DNA from: Candidatus Brocadiia bacterium
Lineage (GTDB): Bacteria > Planctomycetota > Brocadiia > SM23-32
Assembly: GCA_046538485.1 (NCBI GenBank)
Contig: JBKHIT010000029.1
Location: 1-57,962 of the forward strand
Length of the DNA stretch: 57,962 bases
Reading direction: 5' to 3'
The position numbers and the translations under genes are program-made. Positions 41,100-51,241 of this stretch are shown here, piece by piece. The notes beneath the pieces were generated by a model. The model was not told where the DNA came from. It did not search any database and saw only the letters and a list, made by a program, of their open reading frames with translations. Numbering within the stretch: position 1 is the first letter of the stretch; each line of letters starts with the position of its first letter.

Positions 41100-44000
41100 A
41101 TGAACCATAGAAACAGTGTCTCTCACAATTCACTGAAAACTTCTCCCCATGCCGGCCTTCGGCTGATTCAAATCCTGGTGAGTGCCCTGGCGGTAGGAGC
41201 GGTCTGCCTGATGTGCGCACCCGGACCGGCAAGCTTCGCCGGCAGTCAAAAGCCTTCGACCACCAAAATAGCATCCAGGACCGACGCAGATACCATTGTG
41301 GCGGATGCGTTTCCGGTGAGTATCCCGTATGCGCTGAAGAAACCGGGCAAGGTATCCGTGGCGGTGTATGACAAGGATGGCCGACTGCTTCGCACGCTGA
41401 AGCGGGCACAGCCAGAAGCCGCGGGCTCCCACACAATTCAGTGGGACGGACTCGACCGCGAGGGCCGGCCGGCTTCGCCCGGAAAGTACACGTGGAAACT
41501 GCTGCGCACCGACGGTCTGCGATCCGAACTCCTCGCCCAGGTCGGTATCAACCCCGGGCCATTCTGGGAAATCGGGGTGGGTAACCATTCGGCCGCTTCC
41601 GTGCTGGCCGCCGACGGAGACGGTTTCTTTCTCTTCCCCCCGGTTGCCGAGGGCGGTTTCAAGGCCGCCAAGATCCGGCCGGACCGCAGCTATCTCTGGG
41701 GCACCGTCAACTATACGTTCAATTACCTCCGCTCGGGCGCCGCGCCCCGCCTCAAATTCCAGCATAAAATCCGGTGGGGCTACAGGGCGGTGGCTGCGGC
41801 TGCAGCCGAAAACCGGGTCTATATTCTCAGCCGCAATGGCAACGTCTACATGCTGGACGGAAAGACCGGCCGGAAACGCGGCAAGCCGTTTTCCGTAAAA
41901 TGGCCGGAAGATCCCAAGATGGTGCCGGCGCAAACCATGGACATGGACGCAGATGCCAAGCATCTTGTGGTGAGCTATCGGGAACACGACGCGGTGCGTT
42001 GGTACGACCCGGAGTCGGGCGAACTGCGCAGAACCGTCAAAAAGATCAAATCCCCGCTCGGGGTGGCCGTCAGGCCGGACGACACCGCACTTGTCATCAC
42101 CGATGGAGCTGTCAAGAGCGTTGGCCCCAAGACCGGCCAACCGGAGATCGCGATCCCGGCCAGACTTCTGAAAAGCCCGTGGCGCCTGGATGTAGCCCCT
42201 TCCACGAAAGAAATTTTTGTGGCGGAAAACAGCCTGGCCGCGGGCCACAAGGCGGCCCAGCACCGGGTCAAACGGTTCTCTCCTGAAGGCAAAGTCCTCG
42301 GGCGGTTCGGTGAAACTCAAGGCCGACAGGACGGTCCCTACCGTCCTCATAATTTCTGGAACATCTCGGACATCGTCTGCGATGAAACAGGCGGATTTGT
42401 GGTTGCAGAACCCAATTGCCCGCCGCGGCGGGTGGCCCGATTCTCGCGCAAAGGGGAGCTCGTCACGGAGTTTTTCGGCGCACTCCCCTACGGCACGGGC
42501 TGCACGCCCGAACCGGACAATCCACGTATCGTTTGGTACGGCACCGGATCCGGCGCTGTCCGGGCAGAGGTGGATTTCGAGAATCGATCATGGCGGGTGC
42601 TGGAGACCTACTTCCACACGCTCCGGCAAAACGAACTGGTGGGCGGATTCAGCGGCACAAAAATCTACCGGGCCAGAGGCCGGACCTACATCGCAACGTT
42701 CAAAAAAAGCAACAGCCTCCTCCTCTACGACCCGAAGGCCAAAAATCTGCGGCCCGTCTACACATTGGGACACCAGTACCTGGACTACAAGGGCTGGGTG
42801 GTGCCCGAGCGGTTCCGCGACGACAAGCCCAAATTCCGCATCCGCACTGGATACGCCTGGTGCGACGAGGACGCGGACGGCCGGGCTGTCCGGGAGGAAC
42901 TCCGCCTCTTCAATGCCTGGCGCGCCGGCGGACCCGGCGGCCGTATCCTCCACGTGGGCGAAGACCTCACCCTCTACTACGCCAACGGGAAACGTCTGAC
43001 TCCCACTTCGATCTCGGAGGCGGGTGTCCCTCTCTATGCGCCCGAGAACACCGAGACGTTCCTGAACGGATATTTCCGGGGCCTTTTCCAGGATGCCGAA
43101 GGGCATTGGTACAGCACACGCAGCGGAAAACTCCATGGCGAAACTCACGGCGTCTACTGGTATCCGGGTACTAAAGGCACCGATCGACTCATTAAATACA
43201 ACCGCGATTTCAATCGCCAGTGGGCGGTGGGGCGCCACAACGCCCGCTGGGACCATGAACCCGGGTGGTCCCACAGCCTGATCGGGGTCGCGGGCGTGAC
43301 GCACGGATGCGTGGTGGCGGACGGTAATTTCGTGGACACTGAACTCGTAGGCCCGATGGTATGGACCGAAGATGGGCTCTTTGTAGACGAACTTTGCGTG
43401 CATCCGGCGGGCAACCTGCCCGAGTGGATTTACAGGGGCTCTAAACTTGAGAATCCGCGCGGCACGGTCGTGGACGACCCGGAGACGGGCGAGGCGCTCT
43501 TCTACGCCCACGGCAACAGCGCGGCGCCCATCTGGCGGATCCACGGCTGGGACGGTTGGGATCGACAGGAGGGCACGATCCACGTGACCGACCCGCCGCC
43601 ACACGCCGCTGCCGAGGGGAGGGGCCTGCAGGCCCGGTATTTCGCCAACCCCGACTGGGACGGCGAACCGCCCGTGGCTCGGACCGACAAGCGGGTCTAC
43701 TTCAACTGGAAGAAGAAGGCCCCGGCCGAGGGCGTGCCCAAGCGTGGGTTCTCGGCGGAGTGGACCGGCAGCGTGGAGGCGCCCCTGACCGAGGTGTTCG
43801 CGTTCATCGTGCGCACGGGCAGTCGGCAGGGCAGCAAGAAAAAGCCAGCAGTGCGGCTCTGGATCGACGGGACGCTCATCTGCGATTCCACCACCGGTCT
43901 CGGTGTGGATCCCCGCAACTACAGACGCGAGCACTGGAAAGTGCACGTACCCCTGCAGGCCGGGGAGCGTTACAACCTTAAACTTGCCTACGGAGAGCGG

Positions 44001-44777
44001 GGCAGCCGGAAGAACTTCTGCCATCTGCTCTGGGAGAGCCCCAGCCGTGAACGGCAATCGATCGCTTCGAAGTACCTCTATCCAGAACCGGCGGATCCCC
44101 GGCACGTGGATCCTTTGCCCTGCAGCTGGTCGTTCGGCAAGGAGCGCAACCGCGGGCAAAAACGCGGCGGTTTGATCGTCCACTTGCCTTTCAACGAGAA
44201 AAATGGACTCGTAGCCCGTAGCCGGGTTGGACCCGGCCTGTACGGCACGCTCCACGGCAAGACCGACTGGGTGGAAGGCATCCAGGAAGGCGCTCTTGAG
44301 GTTCGAGGTGGCCTCTGCTCGGTGGTCCCTGCCCTGCGGATGCCGCATACGAATTATACCGTCTCGTTCTGGTTCAGAACCCGCGCCACCGATGGCCGAC
44401 TGGTGAGCGTCAACCGCAAACCAACCTTCCACAATAATTTTCAGGATAGCACCATCGCGCTCGAAGATGGGAATGTTACGGTGCAGCTGGCCCGTGAAAA
44501 GAAAAAGACGGCGGGCAAACTCAACGACGGCAAATGGCACCACGTGGCTCTGGTGGTTGCGGCCGAGGAAGGATTTACGCTTTATATCGACGGGAAGAAG
44601 CAACTCGCGGGCGATACAGACCGCATGGGCACGTGGCATCTCTGGCACGTGCCGACCGAGCGGCTCGGCATGCGGATCGGGCCCGCTGACAGGAAATCGA
44701 CGGTAACGATCGATGAACTTCGGGTTTTCAACAGGCCCCTGAACCGAACAGAATTAGAAAGTGTTTTCAAAAACTGA
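41100..44777 (+). CDS. Secreted protein: FlgD-Ig + beta-propeller + PA14 + LamG/concanavalin-like
   Basis: Signal peptide; YALKKPGKVSVAVYD..WDGLDREG; GLQARYF..FSAEWTGSV..VRLWIDG; YTVSFWFRT..DGKWHHVALV..IDELRVFNRPL; start 41028 or 41100. Confidence 0.78.
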   Translation: MNHRNSVSHNSLKTSPHAGLRLIQILVSALAVGAVCLMCAPGPASFAGSQKPSTTKIASRTDADTIVADAFPVSIPYALKKPGKVSVAVYDKDGRLLRTLKRAQPEAAGSHTIQWDGLDREGRPASPGKYTWKLLRTDGLRSELLAQVGINPGPFWEIGVGNHSAASVLAADGDGFFLFPPVAEGGFKAAKIRPDRSYLWGTVNYTFNYLRSGAAPRLKFQHKIRWGYRAVAAAAAENRVYILSRNGNVYMLDGKTGRKRGKPFSVKWPEDPKMVPAQTMDMDADAKHLVVSYREHDAVRWYDPESGELRRTVKKIKSPLGVAVRPDDTALVITDGAVKSVGPKTGQPEIAIPARLLKSPWRLDVAPSTKEIFVAENSLAAGHKAAQHRVKRFSPEGKVLGRFGETQGRQDGPYRPHNFWNISDIVCDETGGFVVAEPNCPPRRVARFSRKGELVTEFFGALPYGTGCTPEPDNPRIVWYGTGSGAVRAEVDFENRSWRVLETYFHTLRQNELVGGFSGTKIYRARGRTYIATFKKSNSLLLYDPKAKNLRPVYTLGHQYLDYKGWVVPERFRDDKPKFRIRTGYAWCDEDADGRAVREELRLFNAWRAGGPGGRILHVGEDLTLYYANGKRLTPTSISEAGVPLYAPENTETFLNGYFRGLFQDAEGHWYSTRSGKLHGETHGVYWYPGTKGTDRLIKYNRDFNRQWAVGRHNARWDHEPGWSHSLIGVAGVTHGCVVADGNFVDTELVGPMVWTEDGLFVDELCVHPAGNLPEWIYRGSKLENPRGTVVDDPETGEALFYAHGNSAAPIWRIHGWDGWDRQEGTIHVTDPPPHAAAEGRGLQARYFANPDWDGEPPVARTDKRVYFNWKKKAPAEGVPKRGFSAEWTGSVEAPLTEVFAFIVRTGSRQGSKKKPAVRLWIDGTLICDSTTGLGVDPRNYRREHWKVHVPLQAGERYNLKLAYGERGSRKNFCHLLWESPSRERQSIASKYLYPEPADPRHVDPLPCSWSFGKERNRGQKRGGLIVHLPFNEKNGLVARSRVGPGLYGTLHGKTDWVEGIQEGALEVRGGLCSVVPALRMPHTNYTVSFWFRTRATDGRLVSVNRKPTFHNNFQDSTIALEDGNVTVQLAREKKKTAGKLNDGKWHHVALVVAAEEGFTLYIDGKKQLAGDTDRMGTWHLWHVPTERLGMRIGPADRKSTVTIDELRVFNRPLNRTELESVFKN

Positions 44778-45019
44778 GGGGCATGCGCATGCTGAACTAT
44801 TTGGAGATGGACATGAGCGATGAAAGGGTGGGCTGAACTTCCGCCGGCAGAACGGCAGAACCGACAAGCCGGCAGGTCTGCGTCCGCGGCCAATTATCGG
44901 GAGCGGATAAGCAAATTGAAACGTCGAAGAGGTTTGGACGGAAGGGGGACTTTCAAATACAGAAATAGTGTCGCTGACCTCTTATCCCATCCTCCGGGTG
45001 CTGCATACTGCGTTTGGCC

Positions 45020-45132
45020 GTCTCAAGTCCAGTTTCGCCCGCCGAGGCGGGCTCAGCTGAACTCGAGTCTCCATTTCCCGTGAGCGGACTGGACTTCAGA
45101 ACCGCCCTGCGGGGCTGGAGTTCAGAACGCGG
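45020..45132 (+). repeat. Composite repeat B+A (plus orientation)
   Basis: B at 45020-45070, A at 45082-45132; inverted relative to 37089-37194. Confidence 0.85.
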
Positions 45133-45328
45133 CCAACAAGCGGGGCTGCGCTTACGCAATCTTTGCCGCTCAATGGTCAGTTGCATAAAGAACTCTAAAG
45201 AGGTTCCCCGGGAAACCTGAGGAATTTGCGCCTGGCTCTGTTCGGGAGTCGGCGGCAACCACAAGCCAGTCCAGCGTTGTCAAACAGAGAAATGACCCAC
45301 AGCGCAAATTCCTCTCGGGAGCAAAAGT

Positions 45329-45388
45329 TTGACAAATCCCGAAGAGAAGGTACAATATAAGAGTAATAATTTCCTCTGTTTAAAATTT
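45329..45388 (+). promoter_or_regulatory. Promoter TTGACA-N16-TACAAT plus operator TAATTT-N10-AAATTT (45367-45388)
   Basis: Same geometry as the promoters at 30.3 and 31.9 kb. Confidence 0.75.
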
Positions 45389-45474
45389 CATACTTGCGAA
45401 GCCACTTTTGCCTTATTGCGAGCGGAAGTCGGCAACATTTTGGATCCGCAGCTGAGAACAAGGAGCCGGAATTG

Positions 45475-46572
45475 ATGGACAGAATCAGAGCGAGCACCAC
45501 CCCACTCACGAAACGCCTTTTTGCTGGTCCTGACAGGTCAGGAAAGCAGAGACTGAATGCTTTCACACTGATTGAACTGCTCGTTGTAATTGCCATTATA
45601 GCCATTCTTGCCGCGATGCTCATGCCGGCACTTCAGAGTGCCCGTGAAGCGGCCTGGCGGGCAGCCTGCGCGTCCAATTTCCACCAGCTGCAGCTCGGTA
45701 TTCATCAGTTTGCCATCGACCACAACGGGGAGGTCCCGATGGTGAACGACGGCTCTTACGCCACGCTCGGCTCGACGGGTCCGGGTATCAAACCCTGGCA
45801 CGACGCCGAGAGCGCTATCGACAACGATCCCCATTGCCAGTGGACCGAACAGTATTTGAACGGCCGATGGCGTTACGACTCATCGGAGGACCGCGTCATC
45901 CTTCCCGACGTAGAAATTTGCCCCGGATTGCCGAGAAACAAAGACCTCTACCTGTACGGCTGGGGCAGCGGGGACCGAGGAATTAAGAAAATCGGGGAGC
46001 GGATCTACCGGATCAACACCGTGGTTGGCTACGGTTCCTGGCTGGGGCTTTTTCACGCGTACTACGAGGATCCCAGTACTGGAAATTCCTTTGGCTCCAA
46101 AAACGGCATACACAACGGTCGTTACAGCTACGTAAATCCCAACGATCCATCAAAAAATCACCCCCTCCGCCTGTCTGATTTCCGCAAACCAACCGACGAT
46201 ATTGTGCTGATCGACTTATTGTTGCAAGAAGGAAACTACACCCAATACGTAGCGGAGACTCGCTGGACAATTGCCCACGGAGATGCTGCTTCTCCCATGG
46301 GAGTAAATCAAGGTTACGCCGATGGATCCGTCAGGTGGCATGCGTTCGCGAAGCTCAACACCGGATACAAACCCGCGTATAGCTGGGGTCGGAAAGTGGT
46401 TCAGCCGTACCACCGGGATCTGAGTGCTTCGGGCGACTACAAAGGGCCGGGCACAATCTTCAATTTCGGTGGTTACCCCGACAAAAAATGGTGGGGAACC
46501 CTCGATTGGAATTGGTACGGCTTCTCAACCCACGGACTCTACCATGTCGTCAACTACGATCCGACCCCTTAA
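45475..46572 (+). CDS. Prepilin-like (DUF1559/H-X9-DG) protein, intact
   Basis: [45 protein letters not shown]. Confidence 0.88.
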   Translation: MDRIRASTTPLTKRLFAGPDRSGKQRLNAFTLIELLVVIAIIAILAAMLMPALQSAREAAWRAACASNFHQLQLGIHQFAIDHNGEVPMVNDGSYATLGSTGPGIKPWHDAESAIDNDPHCQWTEQYLNGRWRYDSSEDRVILPDVEICPGLPRNKDLYLYGWGSGDRGIKKIGERIYRINTVVGYGSWLGLFHAYYEDPSTGNSFGSKNGIHNGRYSYVNPNDPSKNHPLRLSDFRKPTDDIVLIDLLLQEGNYTQYVAETRWTIAHGDAASPMGVNQGYADGSVRWHAFAKLNTGYKPAYSWGRKVVQPYHRDLSASGDYKGPGTIFNFGGYPDKKWWGTLDWNWYGFSTHGLYHVVNYDPTP

Positions 46573-46626
46573 ACGCAAGAGGATCGAGGACAAAGACCCT
46601 CTTGCGTCGCATGAAAGGACCCGCAG

Positions 46627-47094
46627 ATGCGCATATCACAGCCCCAGCCCCGTGGTCACGCTTTCACGCTCATAGAATTGCTGGTTGTTATTGCCATCAT
46701 TGCCATCATCTCCGATTTGGAACACCCATCGGAGGATATCCTCATCGCTGATCTTATTCTTCAATACGGAACAAGCTACATTCCCTCCCAACTCCAAACG
46801 GTGGCCCACGGCGATCTGGCCTCTCCAAACGGGATGAACCAGAGCTACGCGGATGGATCAGTGCGCTGGCATTCATACGCCGAGTTGAACACAGGATACA
46901 GATGTTCATACAGCTGGGATCGGAACGTTCTGGCGTATTACCACCGCAATGAAAAACTGACAGGAGCAGATCGGGACGGAAAGACGACCTTCAATCACGG
47001 CGGATATCCGCACGAATGCTGGTGGAATCCCGGTGCCTGTGACAGACCGTGGTTTGGATTCATATCCCACAACCTGTGCAACCGGGAGTTTTGA
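46627..47094 (+). pseudogene. Prepilin-like gene with large in-frame internal deletion (155 aa)
   Basis: [15 protein letters not shown] joined directly to [32 protein letters not shown]. Confidence 0.8.
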
Positions 47095-47151
47095 TTCAAG
47101 AGCCCCGCTTCGGCATCCGCGCCACCCACAAGTCCACTCTCCAGGTCCCGC

Positions 47152-47194
47152 GAGCGGACTGGACTTCAGCCGAAGGCTGGAGTTCAGAACGCGG
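47152..47194 (+). repeat. Repeat unit A, solo copy
   Basis: 47147-47204 is 56/58 identical to the reverse complement of 37079-37136. Confidence 0.85.
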
Positions 47195-47473
47195 ACCATA
47201 AACCGAAACCACAAAACTGTGGCCTCTTACGGCACGAGACATTTCCCGCAAACCAGGGATGTTGACCGCACCGGCCCGTGTGGTGTCCCGCGCGCCAACG
47301 GTGCCCCCCGTGGGGGATTCAATGGGACAGAGGGCCTGCCATTTTAAATATCACTTGCATTGGCATACCCCTTTCAGGTAATCCACCGCGACTCGCGCGC
47401 CCCGTGGGGGATTCAATTTCCGGAAATATCAGTTTCACCGGCAGAGCTTACTAAGGACCCTGCAGCACCCCGA

Positions 47474-47588
47474 TGTAGTCTACCGCGACTCGCGGTCGCC
47501 GCATTCGAAAGGCTCAGCGGCAAACCCGAAAAAGGCCAGTGCTTTGTGTGTGTCCCCACGCAACGGACCGCTGAAGCGGTCCACTACA
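47474..47588. repeat. Inverted pair of GTAG-type REP-like palindromes
   Basis: TGTAGTCTACCGCGACTCGCGGT (+, 47474) and TGTAGTGGACCGCTTCAGCGGTCC (-, 47588). Confidence 0.55.
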
Positions 47589-47849
47589 AGCACCTCCCTG
47601 TATTTTGGACGGTCCGAGAGTTATTGCGGACTGCGAAATCATCGTCAGGCTCGTAGTGAGTCTCTGCAGGGGCTCGGTCGTTTGGCTATTTCTTTTGCTT
47701 CAGCTTGTTTCCGGCGAGGAAATGGGCACACTGAAACCTGCGGGATACGCAGTCGAGATACGGGGTCGCAGGCTTACAGAATCATTGACACTAAGTTATC
47801 AAAGAGCAAAACGGCCCCCTGCGCCAAATTCCTTGAGCTGATTAAAAGT

Positions 47850-47883
47850 TTGACAGCGCATTAATTTTGCGTATAATAAATTA
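47850..47883 (+). promoter_or_regulatory. Promoter TTGACA-N16-TATAAT with operator TAATTT-N10-AAATTA (47862-47883) overlapping the -10 box
   Basis: Consensus hexamers 80 nt upstream of the regulator ATG. Confidence 0.8.
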
Positions 47884-47956
47884 TTGGAATTTGGCCCGGT
47901 GGTTCTTCAGATGGTTTCCGCCGCAAAAAGACGTTTGTTTCAGGGAGTATTCCAGG

Positions 47957-49087
47957 ATGAAGGCAGAACAGGTCAGGGATGTCGAGCAGGGTACGAGGGT
48001 TGAAGAGATTGTCTCGGACATCCGCGGGAAGATACTGCGGGGTGATCTGACCCCTGGCGAACAGCTCCCGATCCGGCTCGAGCTCTCCGAACAATACGGT
48101 GCCAGCAGTCGGACTCTCCAGGAAGCTGTGGATCATTTGATGGAACAGGGGTTCCTGAGGGCGAATCGGCGTCACGGCACCTTCGTCGCACCCCACCCGC
48201 CGCACATCTCGCGTTACGGGTTGGTCTTCCCGTTTTCCCGCTCCCGCAGCAATCGTTCTCGCCACTGGCTTGCTTTGAAAAAAGTCGCAGAAGAAATCGA
48301 AGATCCCCCCGAATTCGAAATCCATCGGTACTTCGGAATGGAGAAGCCGTCTGACGCCGAAGATTACCAAACGCTTATCTCGGATATTGAGCAACACCGT
48401 CTGGCGGGTCTTATTTTCTCCAGTCCACCTTATGCTCTCTCCGGCACGCCGGTTTTGGAATGGAAAGGTTTGCCGCGGGTGGAAGTAGCCTCGAAACCCC
48501 AGCGACCTCACGTAAGCTGCGTTAAATACGACAACGAGACATTTCTCAGAAAGGTCCTTGGTTATTTCAAAGAACGAGGTTGCGCTCGACTCGGAATTTT
48601 CGATCTCATCAAAGAGGGCGACGCGCTCACTCCCCGAATGCAAGCAATCTGTCAGGCTGCTCCCGAATACGGACTCCGGGTGAAAGATCCCTGGGTGGTC
48701 GGGGGAGCGGTCGGCGCAAGTCATTTCACAAAGAACACGATCCGATTGCTCATGCACCTCCCGGCCGAGAACCGTCCGGATGCCCTCCTGATCGGTGACG
48801 ACAACCTGGCAAAGGACGTCACCGAAGCCATCGCCGCTTCGCCCGTAAAAGTCCCCGAAGACCTCGATATCGTCTGTCACGCCAATTTCCCCTGTCCTCC
48901 CCCGACAGCCGTGCCGGCCCACAAAGTGGGCTACCGCATGGATGAAGTGATCGATGTGGCGATCCGGCATATAAACGCGCTCCGGCGTGGCGATGAAGAT
49001 GTGCGCACGATCGAAATTCTTGCCAAAACCGAGGGAGAAGTGGAAAACGCCGTGAGGGAATACCACCCGGTTCCTTCAAGCGGATAG
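47957..49087 (+). CDS. GntR wHTH + LacI-type sugar-binding domain transcriptional regulator
   Basis: I..G.L.PGEQLP...EL..QYGAS..T.QEAV..L..QGFL....HGTFV; C-terminal [18 protein letters not shown]. Confidence 0.88.
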   Translation: MKAEQVRDVEQGTRVEEIVSDIRGKILRGDLTPGEQLPIRLELSEQYGASSRTLQEAVDHLMEQGFLRANRRHGTFVAPHPPHISRYGLVFPFSRSRSNRSRHWLALKKVAEEIEDPPEFEIHRYFGMEKPSDAEDYQTLISDIEQHRLAGLIFSSPPYALSGTPVLEWKGLPRVEVASKPQRPHVSCVKYDNETFLRKVLGYFKERGCARLGIFDLIKEGDALTPRMQAICQAAPEYGLRVKDPWVVGGAVGASHFTKNTIRLLMHLPAENRPDALLIGDDNLAKDVTEAIAASPVKVPEDLDIVCHANFPCPPPTAVPAHKVGYRMDEVIDVAIRHINALRRGDEDVRTIEILAKTEGEVENAVREYHPVPSSG

Positions 49088-49098
49088 GAACAGGAAAA

Positions 49099-49968
49099 AT
49101 GAATGAGAATTCGGATCAAATGGGGTTTACGTTAATTGAACTGCTCGTCGTCATCGCCATCATCGCCATCCTCGCCGCGATGCTCATGCCGGCTCTCGAG
49201 CGTGCCCGACACAGCGCGGTAAGAGTTCAGTGCGCCGGCGAACTCCACCAATGCCATACCGCAATCGCCCTCTACCTCCATGACGAAGGCACCGTGCCGT
49301 TTAACCACGGAAGAGGCGGAGCCATGCGTTATGCACTCAAGACGGACAGCTACACAACATTGCTTAACGCTTATCTATCGTCGGATATCGACGGAATCGG
49401 CGGCACCTGCCCGAGTCTCCGCCCCAAGGATATCCGCCACTCAGGCTACAATTATTTCGGCAACTACACTCTGTGGCGTCCTGATCATCCCGACTACTCC
49501 ACGGTTTCACCCCGCCGCTTTGTGGATCTGGAGGAAACCGCCCGACGCGCTCGAGAAGTCAGTCCCGGTCGCTATCTCAATGGACGCTGGATCCTGATGA
49601 CCGATCGAATCCAGATTGACGAAGGAACCACGATTTACGATTTCGAAGACGACAATTCGGCGGATAAACACGACACCGGCGCCGTCGCCCACCCTCTTTC
49701 CCACAAAGTCTTAGGCGGCAACATCTTATGGATTGAAGGAGCCGTCAACTGGCGCACCATGCCCGGTTATCTGCAGGAATTCCCGCTGGCCTCTGGTCAC
49801 ACCGGAACCGAAGAAGGCTGGGCCCGCCACGGCGTCGGAACGCCCCGTGTCGATGCCATGGTACCAATCGAAGTCATCGATATCATGTACACCTCACGAT
49901 GGAACGGAAAGATCCGAATCCGGCCCGGTATCAAGTGGAGTTCGCCCTATATCGCTCTGGAGAACTGA
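49099..49968 (+). CDS. Prepilin-like (DUF1559-type) protein, intact
   Basis: [33 protein letters not shown]. Confidence 0.85.
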   Translation: MNENSDQMGFTLIELLVVIAIIAILAAMLMPALERARHSAVRVQCAGELHQCHTAIALYLHDEGTVPFNHGRGGAMRYALKTDSYTTLLNAYLSSDIDGIGGTCPSLRPKDIRHSGYNYFGNYTLWRPDHPDYSTVSPRRFVDLEETARRAREVSPGRYLNGRWILMTDRIQIDEGTTIYDFEDDNSADKHDTGAVAHPLSHKVLGGNILWIEGAVNWRTMPGYLQEFPLASGHTGTEEGWARHGVGTPRVDAMVPIEVIDIMYTSRWNGKIRIRPGIKWSSPYIALEN

Positions 49969-49969
49969 G

Positions 49970-50881
49970 ATGAAACGTCAGGGCTTCACCCTCATCGAAT
50001 TGCTTGTGGTCATTGCCATCATCGCCATCCTCGCTGCGATGCTCATGCCGGCGCTGCAATCGGCACGGGAAGCGGCCCGCCGGGTCACCTCCCAGAACCA
50101 GCTCCGTCAGGTCAGCCTGGCCAACTTTGCCTACTCCAACGATAACGACGGAAAACTCCCGTATCTGGCCAATGGATGGTACGGTATAGGCGGCGTAGCA
50201 GAAAAATCCGTGGACAACTGGAGCGAATCCTACTACGGAGTCGGCTGGAGACAAGACGGTAGCTGGCATGTGCCCGACCTGTTTGTCTGCCCCGAAATTA
50301 AACGGCAGAAAGATTATTACATCGCTCATATGCCCCGTGGATACGAGTATTTTAAAATCGGAGACGACCATCATCTCCACAACGACCTCGTCATTGGCTA
50401 CGTCACCTGGATCGGCACCGTTGCGACCTGGCAGCATGATACTCACTGCCCTCAGGGGAAATACTGCGACATCAACTGCGTCCAGATACCTGTTTATAAG
50501 CTGCAAAACCCATCTCACGAAGTCCTCGTTGTCGACAGAAATATCCAGGGGACCGCTAATACCAGCACGTATGTCTCAAACGTTCCCTGGACGGTTTCTC
50601 ACGGCGAAGCCAATCGTCCCGATGGCACAAATCAGGCATACGCGGACAGCCACGTCGAATGGGTGGATTTCGACAATACCAACTGGTTCTTCCAGCCCGG
50701 CTCATACTCGAGAGACCGAAAACAACAGGTGCCATACTACGCAAGTGAACACGCGCAACTTAACCGAACCGGTTATCCCGATAACCCGCCGCATGATTGT
50801 GGAGGAGGCATCCCAATCGGGACCGATTGGTTCGGAATGGAAGGAAATAAAGCCGCCGGTTCCTATAATCCTAACCCGTGA
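49970..50881 (+). CDS. Prepilin-like (DUF1559/H-X9-DG) protein, intact
   Basis: [14 protein letters not shown] starts 1 nt after the previous stop; [22 protein letters not shown]. Confidence 0.88.
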   Translation: MKRQGFTLIELLVVIAIIAILAAMLMPALQSAREAARRVTSQNQLRQVSLANFAYSNDNDGKLPYLANGWYGIGGVAEKSVDNWSESYYGVGWRQDGSWHVPDLFVCPEIKRQKDYYIAHMPRGYEYFKIGDDHHLHNDLVIGYVTWIGTVATWQHDTHCPQGKYCDINCVQIPVYKLQNPSHEVLVVDRNIQGTANTSTYVSNVPWTVSHGEANRPDGTNQAYADSHVEWVDFDNTNWFFQPGSYSRDRKQQVPYYASEHAQLNRTGYPDNPPHDCGGGIPIGTDWFGMEGNKAAGSYNPNP

Positions 50882-50969
50882 AAATCTCTAACCTGATTTC
50901 ACGGATGATTGGAATCAGTTCCTGTCAAATTTAACATCGCGTTTTTAGCCTGAAGATCCAGTTGCATGG

Positions 50970-51093
50970 GTCATTGCGAGCCCATCGAAAAATGAACTAA
51001 ATTTATCCGTCCTCTGACGGGCAATCTCGTCGTTCTTTCGGCCCAACACCCAGATTGCCGCGGCGTCCCCCACAACGGAATGCCTCGCAATGA
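50970..51093. repeat. Nested inverted repeat (TCATTGCGAG..GGCAATCT..AGATTGCC..CTCGCAATGA)
   Basis: 10-bp outer and 8-bp inner arms; degenerate relative at 55269-55354. Confidence 0.65.
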
Positions 51094-51241
51094 TACATCA
51101 GCCTTAATAGTTTGTGGCAACGTGTGCTCAACGTGTATGCATCGGTGAGATGCAAACTGAGATAGTCCGGCGTTCAATCATTAACACGGTTCGAAAGAAC
51201 TGCTGTCGTCACATGTTCGTACAACGGAAAGGAAGCGCAAC

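Noticed and set aside
47300..47500. Possible degenerate CRISPR (CGCGCCCCGTGGGGG resembles type I-C repeats)
   Set aside because: Only two 17-bp copies 94 nt apart, no regular repeat-spacer period, no cas genes.
47669..47821. Possible MITE with CAGGGG terminal inverted repeats
   Set aside because: Arms align only with gaps; no target duplication or second copy found.
49733..49969. 79-aa N-terminal extension in ORF 49733-50881
   Set aside because: Overlaps the upstream gene; the ATG at 49970 gives a typical short prepilin leader.
9574..50881. Diversity-generating retroelement acting on the pilin C-termini
   Set aside because: No reverse transcriptase and no TR/VR pair with adenine-specific mismatches seen.
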